Source: Antedon mediterranea (lineage: Eukaryota; Animalia; Echinodermata). From it: a stretch of DNA of 64,000 bases. Where the stretch lies: contig NC_092680.1 of NCBI RefSeq assembly GCF_964355755.1, forward strand, positions 9,796,001 to 9,860,000. The letters are read 5' to 3'. The translations under genes and the position numbers were made by a program. Positions 24,501-36,500 of this stretch are shown in pieces. Numbering within the stretch: position 1 is the first letter of the stretch; the number at the start of each line of letters is the position of its first letter. The notes below the pieces were generated by a model. It was given only the letters and a program-made list of their open reading frames with translations. It did no database searches and was not told where the DNA came from.

Positions 24501-27500
24501 CTTTCAAATTAATAACAGCACATTTTGTGTGATTCACTTATTAATGGAACATACAAAAGGTAAAGAAATAGCAGAGGGGATAAGCAAGGCAGAACAGCCT
24601 GGGTGGGTTTTTATGCTTGCTAGAAAAACAACGTCTAGTAAAATACAGCACCAAATTTTCATTCGCGAAAACTATGAACTAAATCATCATAGGGAATTTA
24701 ATGTACATATACCGACTGAAAAACCCCCAAATTGTACATTAATTATTGAAGTCAAGATGCTCCTGCGATCGTAAACGTATGCTATCGTCGTCTTGTAAAA
24801 AGAGGGACAGTCCCTTTTCGCTTGGTAATACGATGCAGTTTGTATACACGCGTCGTCGTATACGGATCGTATACGGAGCGTATAATTAGGAAATTGTTTA
24901 TAAATGATCGTATACGGTTCGTATATGTTTATTATGCGGGCAGGAACTTCCGAATTGACGTATACGTTTCGTATACGAAGTGGACTTCCTATACGAAACA
25001 TATACGAAACGTATGTAAATCGTATACGTTCGTATACGGTTTTTTTGCAAAGGGTAAACCCGAAATAAGCTCTGCACCTTACCCGATTACACCTACTCCA
25101 GCCGTTGAACAGACCAATAATATACTACTACAGAATTTGATTGAAAAACAGGGAGAAGTACTGTCCCAATGGTTGATACAAACAAGTCTACCTAAAAGGG
25201 GACTTACAAAATTTGACGGCAACCCAATGGATTATGGACGATTTAAGAGAGCCTTTGAGCACGAGGTGGAAGGCAAGGTTCGCAGCGAGAGAGACAAACT
25301 GTACTACTTAGAACAATATACAACTGGTGAGGTGAATAATCTGGTCAAGAGCTATTTAGCTATGGATCCTGGAGAAGGCTTTAGACAAGCGAAGCAGGCG
25401 CTAATAGATAAATACGGTAATCCATTCAGATTGGCGGATGCCTATATTACATCATTAAAGGACTTTCCTGAGATAAAGGCAGAGGATAAAGATTCTTTGT
25501 CCAGATACTCATTACTACTTATCGAATGTAAGAACTCCATGTCCAGTCTCGATCATTTACAAGAATTAAATCATACAAGTAGCATACAGACCCTCACGTT
25601 GAAACTGCCTTACCGCATGAGAGACAAATGGAGGACCAAAACAGACCTTATTCAAGAAACCAGAAGGGTACAATTTGACGACTTTGTACTATTCGTAGAA
25701 AAACAGTCCAGGATTCTTAGTAATCCTACGTTTGGGAACATTAAAGACGAAAAGGTATCTCAGCGCAAACCACCACATAGACCAAAGGGAGCTTATGCTG
25801 CAGTCGAAGTACAAAGAGACTGTCTTTACTGCAGTAAAGGCGCACACAGAATAGAAGAATGCAGGAAATTCGACAACCTGCAAAGACCAGAGAAACTAAC
25901 CTACATTAAAGAACACAGATTATGCTACGGCTGCTTAACTACTGGTCACTTGGCTAAACATTGCAACAGTCGCCACACGTGCACCAAATGTAAGAGGAGG
26001 CACCCAACCACGCTCCACCAAGACCCAGTTGTCAACACTGAAACGACAAACAAGAATAACGATAAGCAGCCTAACCAACTGCAAGCTGCGTGTGCCAAGA
26101 TAAATCAAGGAGAATGTGCCTTGGCAGTGATCCCAGTTCGCGTAAGCGTTGGATGCTCACACCAAGTAGAAACATACGCCTTTCTAGATCCAGGGAGCAC
26201 CATTTCGTTTTGCTCAGAGGCACTCGTAAAACAACTTGGCGTTGGTGGAAGGAATGAATGTATCACCATTGACACGATGGGGTCTACGTACCGATTAACA
26301 ACAAAGGCGGTAAAGGGACTAAAGGTAACTTCCCTAGACAACAGAAATATGGAAACTGTTATACACACTGCATATACTAAGAGCAACTTACCTATTCAGA
26401 AGGGTCTTGGTGGAGCGTGGTTGGGTGCCTCCTCTTACATTTGGTGCACGTGTGGCGACTGTTGCAATGTTTAGCCAAGTGACCAGTAGTTAAGCAGCCG
26501 TAGCATAATCTGTGTTCTTTAATGTAGGTTAGTTTCTCTGGTCTTTGCAGGTTGTCGAATTTCCTGCATTCTTCTATTCTGTGTGCGCCTTTACTGCAGT
26601 AAAGACAGTCTCTTTGTACTTCGACTGCAGCATAAGCTCCCTTTGGTCTATGTGGTGGTTTGCGCTGAGATACCTTTTCGTCTTTAATGTTCCTAAACAA
26701 TCGGACATCGACAAGTGGCCACATTTACAAGGCGTAAAAATACCCCAGATAGATAAAGGTAAAGAAGTGGGTCTACTGATAGGCATGGGTGTAGCAAGTG
26801 CTTATACACCTCTGGAAGTAAAAACAGGACCTATCGACGCTCCCATGCAACCAGAACTAACCTGGGGTGGATCGTTTGGAACTTGATTGGTAACCACGAA
26901 AGTAGTCACCCATACCCAGCAAACTTCGTTGGAAGAAATGTAGAAAAGTCTACTTACGACACGTTGGAGAAGTTAGTAAAAAGGTGCACCGAGATTGACT
27001 TCCCAGAAAGTGGTTTGGATCTTACACAAAACCATTCTGTTGAAGATAAATTATTCCTCAGGAAAGTAAACGAAAGCATAGTGAAGGGACCCGACAATCA
27101 CTTTACAATTAGCCTTCCCTTTAGACGCAATGAAGTGGTCATGCCTGACAACAGACTACAAGCAGTCAAACGACTAGAGTCATTATGTCGTCGTCTGAAG
27201 GCAGATAAACCATATGCAATGGAATACATCAACTACATGGATGAATTGCTAACCAAGGGATATGCAGAGATAGTACCACCTGACGAAATTATACAAGATG
27301 GACACAAATGGTATATCCCTCACCATGGCGTTTACAATCCCCAGAAACCTGGGAAATTAAGAGTGGTTTTCGACTGTGGAGCAAGATATCAGGGAGTAGC
27401 TCTTAATGATGTTTTGTTACCCGGACCAAACCTGACTAGCAACCTATTGGGGGTGCTACTCCGTTTCAGGGAAGAAGAAGTTGCCATAATTGCCGATGTG

Positions 27501-30500
27501 GAAAAGATGTTCCACCAAGTCAAAGTACCGGAAAGTGATAGAAACTTCCTCAGATTTCTATGGTTCCCAAATGGAAACATTTATGCTACTCCCGTAGAAT
27601 ATAGAATGACCGTGCACCTATTCGGATCAACCTCGTCACCCTCATGTGCAAATAAGGCACTACAACAGACAGCAGCCGACTGTTCTATTTCAGAAATCCA
27701 AGAAAACACCAAGAAAACATTGTTACGTAACTTCTACGTAGATGATCTGTTAAAGAGTGTTGAGAATCCGGAGACAGGAGTGGAACTTATTAAGCAGCTG
27801 AGAATACTATGCCAAGATGGAGGATTTCGTTTGACAAAATGGACCAGCAATTCAAAGAAAGTAATAAACACTATACCAGAATCTGAATGGTCAAAGGAAC
27901 TTCAGTCAATTAATCTACATGAAGAAATCATACCATGTGAAAGAGCATTAGGCATTAAATGGCATCCAGAAGAAGATTATTTATATTTCGAAGCTCCAAC
28001 CAGAGAGCAACCTGTCACAAGGAGAGGAATCTTATCTACAATAAGTTCTGTTTTTGACCCAATGGGCTTAATAGCACCAGTTATCCTACCGGCGAAGATA
28101 TTACTTCAAGAAGTAATGCGAGATAACAAAGGCTGGGATGAACCCATTGGAAGAATTAAAACTTATTTCTAACATCAAGATACCAAGATGCGTTAACTTG
28201 AATTGTGCAAAGAGACCATGTCAACTCCATATGTTCGCAGACGCTAGTGAAAGGGGCTACGGAATAGTCGCCTACGTACGATGTGTAGTAGATGGAGCCA
28301 TTACCTGCAACAATCTGTATAGCCGTTCAAGAGTTTCACCACTCAAGCGAATGACAATACCACGACTTGAGGTTACAGCAGCGACATTGGCGGTTAAGAG
28401 TGCAAGCTTAATCCAATCTGAAATAGATTACAACTTTGACGATATCCTTTTCTGGACTGATAGCATGTTGGTGATCAACTATATTAACAATGTGAGTACA
28501 AGATTCAGTACCTTTGTTGCTAATCGACTAAATGTTATACAAGAAGGATCTACTACGAGTCAATGGAGACATGTTGGTACTAAAGATAACCCTGCTGACA
28601 TCGCCTCAAGAGGACTGAAACTAGGAAGAATCGAAAATGAGAAAATGTGGTTACGAGGGCCGGAATTCCTCTGGCAGGAAACAAACCAGTGGCCTCAACA
28701 AATTCAAGGTAGCCATAATTTGAAGATAGATGATCCTGAAGTCAAGAAGGTTGCATGCCCAGTCTTGCCTTATGCTGATACACTAGAAACCTTGGCGAAA
28801 CACTATTCATCTTGGAGTCGCCTACGTAGAGCCACCGCCTGGATGATAAAGTTAAAACAGGTTCTTCGCAAGAAGGATGTAGACAGAAAATATCTGACGG
28901 TATCCGAACTAGAAGCAGCTGAAGTGTCTCTCGTAAGAAATGTTCAAAGAAGGAGTTACATAGAAGAGATTAAATCATTGGAAGCTGGTAATCAAATCAA
29001 GAAATCAAGTCCATTAGTAAAACTTGATCCATTTTTGAAAAATGGCGTTCTAAAGGTAGGAGGTCGCTTGAGAAGAGCAGAGTTGGGTTCGCCTAAACAC
29101 CAAATGATCCTGCCTAAGAACTCTCATGTTTCTCAGTTAATAATACGAGAGATGCACAGAAATCTTGGCCATTGTGGCAGAAACCAAATCATAACGCACC
29201 TGAGGAAAAAATACTGGATACCTCAAGTGATCTCTGCTACCAGGAAATTAATCAGCAAATGCGTACTATGTAGAAGGTACCACAGAAGAGCGGAAAACCA
29301 GAAAATGGCCGACCTGCCGAGTTGTAGAGTAACTGTTGGTGAAAACCCATTCTCACATACTGGAATGGATTACTTTGGACCCTTCGATATAAAAAGGGGA
29401 AGAACTATACATAAGAGATATGGAGTAATATTTACCTGTTTGAAAACTAGAGCAATTCACTTGGAAGTATCTCACTCATTGACGACCACTAGTTGCCTCA
29501 ATGCTCTTCAAGTCAAGTCAAGTCAAGTCAAGTATCATTTATTATCATTTGTTTTAGGAAAAACATAGAAATTCTGTTTGCTCTGTTGGCGGAGCACAAT
29601 ATCCAACGGACACAACACGAACTCAAAAACAAAAACATTACAAAAAAAAAAGTGTCTACATCATATTTAAGGCTCTAATAGATCCTGGAAAGAAACTATT
29701 TGTAAATCGTGCCTTATTGGCCTTAATAGAACGAAATCGCCGACCGCTGCGCATCAACTGGAACATACTAGAGGCCGGATGAAATTGATCATCTTTGATA
29801 GCCACTGCCTTTTTCAGAAGACGATCCGAAAATATGTTCTCCAAAGGCAGTTGTGCAGATCCAATTATACGCGATGCGGTCTTGACTATTCTATTTAGGT
29901 CACGCTTTTCATTTTCGGTAGCGCTACCGAACCATACCGTTAAAGAATACGTTATTACACTCTCTATAACTGACCTATAGAAGGACGACATTATTTCAGA
30001 GTTTATACCAAATGATTTAAGTCTACGTAGGAAGTAGATTCTTCTTTGGGCCTTTCTAATAATGTTACGTGTGTTAATATGCCACTTCAGATCATTTGAA
30101 ATATAAATACCCAAGAATTTAAATTCTTCTACAAACTCAACTGATATACCATTAATAAATATTGGATATTTGACATTAAGTGATTTACGGAAGTCTACAA
30201 CCATTTCTTTAGTCTTAGATACATTCAAGAACAGATTGTTTTCGTTACACCAGTCTACAACTCGTTTAACTTGGTTGCGATAATTAGACTCATCACTGTC
30301 ATCATTGATTAGACCTACAATGGTAGTATCATCCGCAAATTTAGCGATATGACAGTTACTGTAGTAGGTAACACAGTCATAGGTAAATAAAGTAAAAAGA
30401 AAGGGCGACAGTACACAGCCCTGTGGTACACCTGTATTTATAATACGCTTATCTGATATAATGGTACCCACTTTATAGTACGTTGGGGTCGATCAGTTAA

Positions 30501-33500
30501 AAAGTTTAACACCCAGTTACATATAGAAATATCGAAACCGATTTCAACCATCTTAGTGTGTAACTTATACGGTACAATCGTATTAAATGCTGAACTAAAA
30601 TCTATATATAAAATCCTTGCATATCTTTTATCACGTTCGAGATGCTCTAATTTCCTATGCAAAGTGATCGATACAGCATCTTCGGTAGACCGGTTTGGTC
30701 TATAGGCGAACTGATATTGGTCAAGATCTCGAGGACACTTGGCCTTTAGGTAATTAAGGACTATATGTTCAAAGCATTTCATCAGAACCGATGTTAATGT
30801 TATAGGTCGATAATCATTCAGGGTTTCGATTGGGGAACGTTTCGGAATTGGAACTATTATAGAATCTTTAAAACATCGCGGAATAATTTGAGATATAAGA
30901 GAGAAATTGAAAATGTATGTAAAAATATGGGCAATCTGTTTGCAACAATGTTTAACAAGCTTAGGGGATATACCGTCTGGACCAGCTGACTTATTTGACT
31001 TACACCTACTAAACTCAATACAAGTATTCTCTTCAAGAACAACTAACGGTACATCATTACCATTTTCATAATTATTGTCTTGATGGAGAGGGGGAGTGTC
31101 AAAACGACTGAAGAAATCATTCAGTCGTTGGGGTAGGTCATCATTTGAGTTAATTTTATCAGATTTTGGTTTGTAGTTAGTTATTTTATTTAAGCTTTTC
31201 CATAACTCTCTGGAATCGCCGGAAGATATATCTTCCTCTAACCTATTTTTATATTCTCTCTTGGCTTTATTTATTCCCTTTCTTAACTCGTATTTTGATT
31301 TCCTAAATAGATCCTTATCATTTGATCTGAAAGCCCTGTCTCTATTTCGTATCAGATCCTTAATAGACTTATTAAACCATGGGTTTTGATTTGGATATAT
31401 CTTAACTACGTCTTTATCAATACATATGTCCTGGCAGAATTTAATATATGAAATAACGGATTCAGTACATAAGTTAATGTCCGAACTGTCCTTAAAAGCA
31501 TTCCAGTCTGTACAATCAAAGCAGCCTTGTAGTTTCATAATATTATCCGGTGTCCATTTGCTAATCATGCGTGATTTGACAGCCTCGCGCTTGAACTGAC
31601 ATCTGTATCGTGGTATCATGTAAATTAGGTTGTGGTCGGACTCGCCAAGTGGAGGTCGCTTTAGTGACCTGTAAGCATCTTTAATTGTTGTATAACAATG
31701 ATCCAAGATGTTATTGTTCCGGGTCGCAACCGTAACATGTTGAAACAATTTGGGGAGCGTTTTCTTCAAATTTACGTGGTTGAAATCACCTAATATTATG
31801 GAAGTTGCATTTGGATGTTTTAATTCGTTGTCAGTTACTATAGTAGATAGTTGGGTAGCCGCGGATTCTGCATTTGCATCAGGAGGTATGTAGACTACTG
31901 TTATGATTAGCGACGTCAACTCTCGTGGTAAGTAGAAAGGACGACAGCGAATCGTAAGCGCCTCCAGCTGCGATGTGCATATGGCTGACAGATTCTTTAC
32001 ATCCTTACACCAATTTTGATTAACAAGTAGACATACTCCGCCACCGCGGGATTTCCCTACAGCTTCCGAGTCACGATCCTGTCTGTACATCCCAAAATTA
32101 TGTGGTGTGACGTACTGATCGGGTACATTTTGATCAAGCCAGGTTTCCGTAAATGCGAAAATACAAGAGTTACAAAATTCGCGTTTTGTGTTTAAGCAGC
32201 AGGTAAGTTCGTCAAATTTGTTTTTTAGAGATCTCACGTTACCTAAAAAGATACTTGGTAACGGTGATTTCCACGAATCTCGCCTGAGCCTCGCTAAAAC
32301 ACCGCCACGCCTACCTCTTCTTCGCGGGGTTTTCAATACCGGATTTGGTAGGCCTACGTCTTCGGGCTTGAAAAAATCGTTGTAAAGTAGAGACTCGGGC
32401 AAGTTGATCGGCCGATTTGACACATTTTCTCTAATATTTACCAATTCAATCCTGGTATAAGTGATTATAGCACCAATATCATCCACAAGAAAAGACAAAA
32501 ACACAGAACACATTAACAGAGCCAACAGAGCTGTGTCACCATTGAACGGCGCCATCATGTCGACGTTTTACCGCAAGGAGAGGCCCAATACGCATGATAA
32601 TGTCAGACAATGGAACAAACCTCATTGGTGCCAAGAATGAGCTGAAAAAGGCAATTAAGGAGCTCGACCCAAGGGAAATCCAAAGTAATATGCTTCGACA
32701 AAATATAGACTGGAAATTTAATCCGCCTTCCGCTTCACACTACGGTGGCACATGGGAGAGAATGATTCGTTCTGTTCGGAAGGTCTTATATAGTGTTCTG
32801 AAGGAGCAACCAATGGAGCTAGATGACGAAGGACTTCCAACAGTATTTTGTGAAGTTGAAGGAATTGTCAATAGCAGACCGTTGACGATTATATCAGACC
32901 ATTAGATAAAGATCCGTTAACACCTAACCACTTTCTTGTGGGAAACAAGCAAACATCAATGGAACCAGGCGTGTTCGAAAGAAAGGAACTAGTAAAGGGA
33001 TGGAGACAAATTCAGTATTTAACAAATCTCTTCTGGAGACGTTGGTCCAAGGAATATTTGGTAACACTTCAGGAACGACAGAGATGGTTTCACCAGAGAA
33101 AAAATGTGAATGTAGGAGAAATTGTGTTGATATGCGACAACAACTCACCAAGAGGACAATGGCCAATGGGCAGAGTGGTGGAGGTATACCCCGATGAGAA
33201 AGGTTATGTTAGAGCAGTGAAGCTCAAGACAAGCACATCTGAACTGAAGAGACCAATTACTAAGTTGGTGGTGTTGTTAGAAGCAAATTCTCCATAATTA
33301 TTTATGTCATAATATAGCTAACAAGTAAATCTTACGCTATTTAGTTAACGATGATACAAATTTTTAAACGAGACTAATTATTAAGATTAATAATTGTTTT
33401 TGCAGTTTGCTAATGCTCATTTTATGTTATTCGCATTAGGAGGGCCGGTGTAAAGTTCATAAGATACATATAGATGAGGGCGTTAGATAATTATTTTAGA

Positions 33501-36500
33501 TTAGCCCTCTAGCGATGACCTTCGACATGATCGGAGGATGGCAAAAAATGGTTTCGTAGTTCTATAGGGGAACTAAACATCCAAAGTGTAGTTTAAAGTA
33601 TAGTTTCATAGGGAAACTAGATAGATACTTTAAGATATATTGTTAATAGATAGAGGAAGATTTCAAGTGTACTAGGAAGGTTCAGAAGTTTCGGTACGTT
33701 TTTTCTGATTGTAATATTGATCACTAGGCCTGTGTTAATTTCACTTTAATTAACGACTAGCGGTTCATCATGGCGACGGCTTGTCGTCTCTCTGTTCTTC
33801 AGTATTGAAATTGAGAATGATCTCATTATATAACTTGTTGATGGCGTTATGTCGACATATTATTGTTTGTTAAATCTTTATATTGTTAACGTTTATAGGC
33901 TGAGTAGCATAAGCTACCGTCAGCGATCATAATATTGTATTATAGTAGGCCTATATAGTTGACGTTGGTCAATTTAGACTAGCCACCACTCGGTGCATGG
34001 AGCACACGCTGTTCAGCTTGTTACGGTTGCCATGACAACAGGGATCAGCTCGATTCCTCAGTTTAGGCTAATTACGTTTGTTATTGTTTTTATCATTGTT
34101 TAGAAACCTCTCAATCCTCGACCATACTCAAATTAAAGAAAGAAAGAGAAAAGAATAAAGATACTTTGACAGATTTTACTGAGCATCGTGATTGTTGTTA
34201 TCTGCCTGACTTATCCTGTACACCTGTTAACAAAGTGCATTTATACCTTATTATGAAATCCTGTATAAATATGTTAAATAATAAATGCGTTATTGCTATG
34301 TAATTCAATGTCTGAACCTTCAGGGCCATAGTCACCAGTATGGTTGGTAAGTTTTCAACCTGTCAACGTTTGGCAGAAGCTTGAAGGAAATACAGATACA
34401 GCTCTGCCTATAAATAACCTTGTAAATGAATGAACTCCTACTTCTCATCTTCTAAAATCTCAACAAATTTCATTAGATATGTACCCCCTACAGACAGACC
34501 AGCATTATACACTGGTTTGATGAGTGCACATGGTTGTGGTATAAAAACTCATGTACTAGGGAAAGACAAGAATGCCTGGTGATGACTCTTGCCCGAGATG
34601 AGTGGAGGTGGACAGAGATGACATCAAAAAGCAATTATTATGTCGACCCGGTGAACTATATGGCTTTTGGACATGTAGCATTGTGAAAATAGTGTTGAGG
34701 CAAGTGCTTTTGTTGAAACTGAACTTGTATTACCTATACAACCAGTGACACAAATATCTTAAATGGAAAACATCTCTAAAGGACAGAAGCACACTAATTC
34801 TGCTTTCTCTCTACAACTTGCTTCTACAAATGCAGACAGAGAAAGAGATTCTAAGTTAAGTATCATTTTGTTTGAAAGAGGCTGATCATAAAGATATTAA
34901 CTTGAATACAGAGAGTCGACGAAATCTAAATGATGTGGTTAAACTACATCCTATGTATATGAGAGGACATGTATGTGTGGCACTTGCTGGATTTACATCA
35001 ATTGATCAGGGTCATTGAGCGTGGTATCATTGGAATAACACAAATTAATGATTTCATCAGAGCTGGCAAATCTAGTTAACATTTAAAGAGAGATGATATC
35101 CTGATTAATGAAGAATGCTGCAATTCGCACAAAGGTGTTTGTTGGCCATGGCATGATGAAATTGGACAGAAAATGTTTGAGGCATTGGTAAAAGTCTTGT
35201 AGAAGGCAAACTGTCTATATGGGATCGTAAGAAAAAGACGAATATTGGCAAAAAATATATATGACGGTGAATACAGGTGACAAACTTACCAAAGTAAAAG
35301 AGGACTCCTATATAGATTATTTGCCGGTGAAATGAGGTATTTCAGTTATTTTGCCAATTTGTTTCTGAACAAGGTTGTTGGCAACGCAGATCAGTCTGTG
35401 GAAGTTTGATGGATACAGTAGTAGAGAACAAAGGAAGGTCAACTTACTGTATTGCATTCAAGATTAGAAATATTTCATGGAAGGACTTTGGCAGAGTTAG
35501 TTGTCATTTAACTGAAGAAGTTTATGAGATGTTTTAATATGAAGAAGTGTACTGTCAGTACTGTAGACCTCCTGATGGTCAACATTTTGTGTTAATCACC
35601 ATGTTGTTGTCATAAGCATATCATTTTGTGTATTTCAATCTAATTTTATTTAACTTATACAAGTTTTAATAAGAAATTTAACCCATTTTTTAAAAATGGC
35701 GGCCATTTTAAAATTCAAAATGGCCGACATTTTGTGTTAATCACCAATGTTGTTGTCATAGGCCTATTATTTTATGTTATTTCAATCAACGTCATAACTT
35801 GCACATGTTTTAATAAGAAATTTAATCCATTTTTTAAAAATGGCGGCCATTTTGAAATTCAAAATGTCAGAATACCGTACTAATGAATATAGGTTTATAA
35901 TAATTCTTATATAGCAGAGAACCCATATGAACTTAAAATATTATTCATAATGGGTGTTACTTTGTCCAATATGGTACATTTATTGGATATTTTACGTATT
36001 GGCGGCCATCTTGGATTTGACACCCTTAAGCTTTTTAAGAAAAATGACATTACTTTACATCCAAAAGACACTAAATCAGCTGGAATTTTGCTTTTAACAA
36101 AAAAATGACACGAAATTACATAGTGGCCTACACTATAATTAGACGGACTCGATTGGTTTGTTATATTTAACATGACCTACCGTTCATCATGTTGTAGTTT
36201 AGGTGACAGTAAGCCCCATGTTGATCTGATATCCACAACTTCAGCCTCACAAAGTGCAGCAACGCCTTCCAGAGCAAAGCTTGCTGGGATAGCATGATGA
36301 CTTTCAGTATAGTCACTAAGAATAGTTGACAACAAATGCAGAAGATCGGGTCCATGTTGGAAAGGTCTGCAAAAATGTAATTGGTATTTTTAGACAAAAG
36401 GTCATCATGGTCAATGTTCAATTAGAATTGCAATATATTTACATTCGCATTTATTTGACAGAGGCGCTTATTCTATCATTTATTCAATTCCATCTTTACA

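Larger units (their letters stand above)
21699..33297 (+). pseudogene. BEL gag-pol polyprotein, interrupted
   Basis: Pieces at 21699-22104, 25057-26401, 26694-28172, 28138-29509 and 32561-33297. Three insertions, frameshifts near 26860 and 28150, and an in-frame TAG at 32903-32905. Confidence 0.9.
20879..34232 (+). mobile_element. BEL/Pao LTR retrotransposon, full length but disrupted
   Basis: LTRs 20879-21683 and 33449-34232 (TG...CA) with 5-bp TSD AAGTG and a purine-rich tract before the 3' LTR. Gag starts at ATG 21699 and has FDGNP and three Cys/His knuckles. Protease FLDPGST, RT HHGVY...LRVVFD...YVDD, Pao RNase H FADAS, integrase GMDYFGP/SDNGTN/RPITKL. Confidence 0.96.

Noticed and set aside
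24822-25054. Tyr/Arg-rich N-terminus of the 550-aa ORF as a novel gag fusion
   Set aside because: It is the CGTATACG-rich end of the inserted DNA transposon reading open by chance. True gag joins 22104 to 25057.
26392-26724. Antisense zinc-knuckle gene
   Set aside because: It is only the inverted copy of gag, with no independent gene structure.
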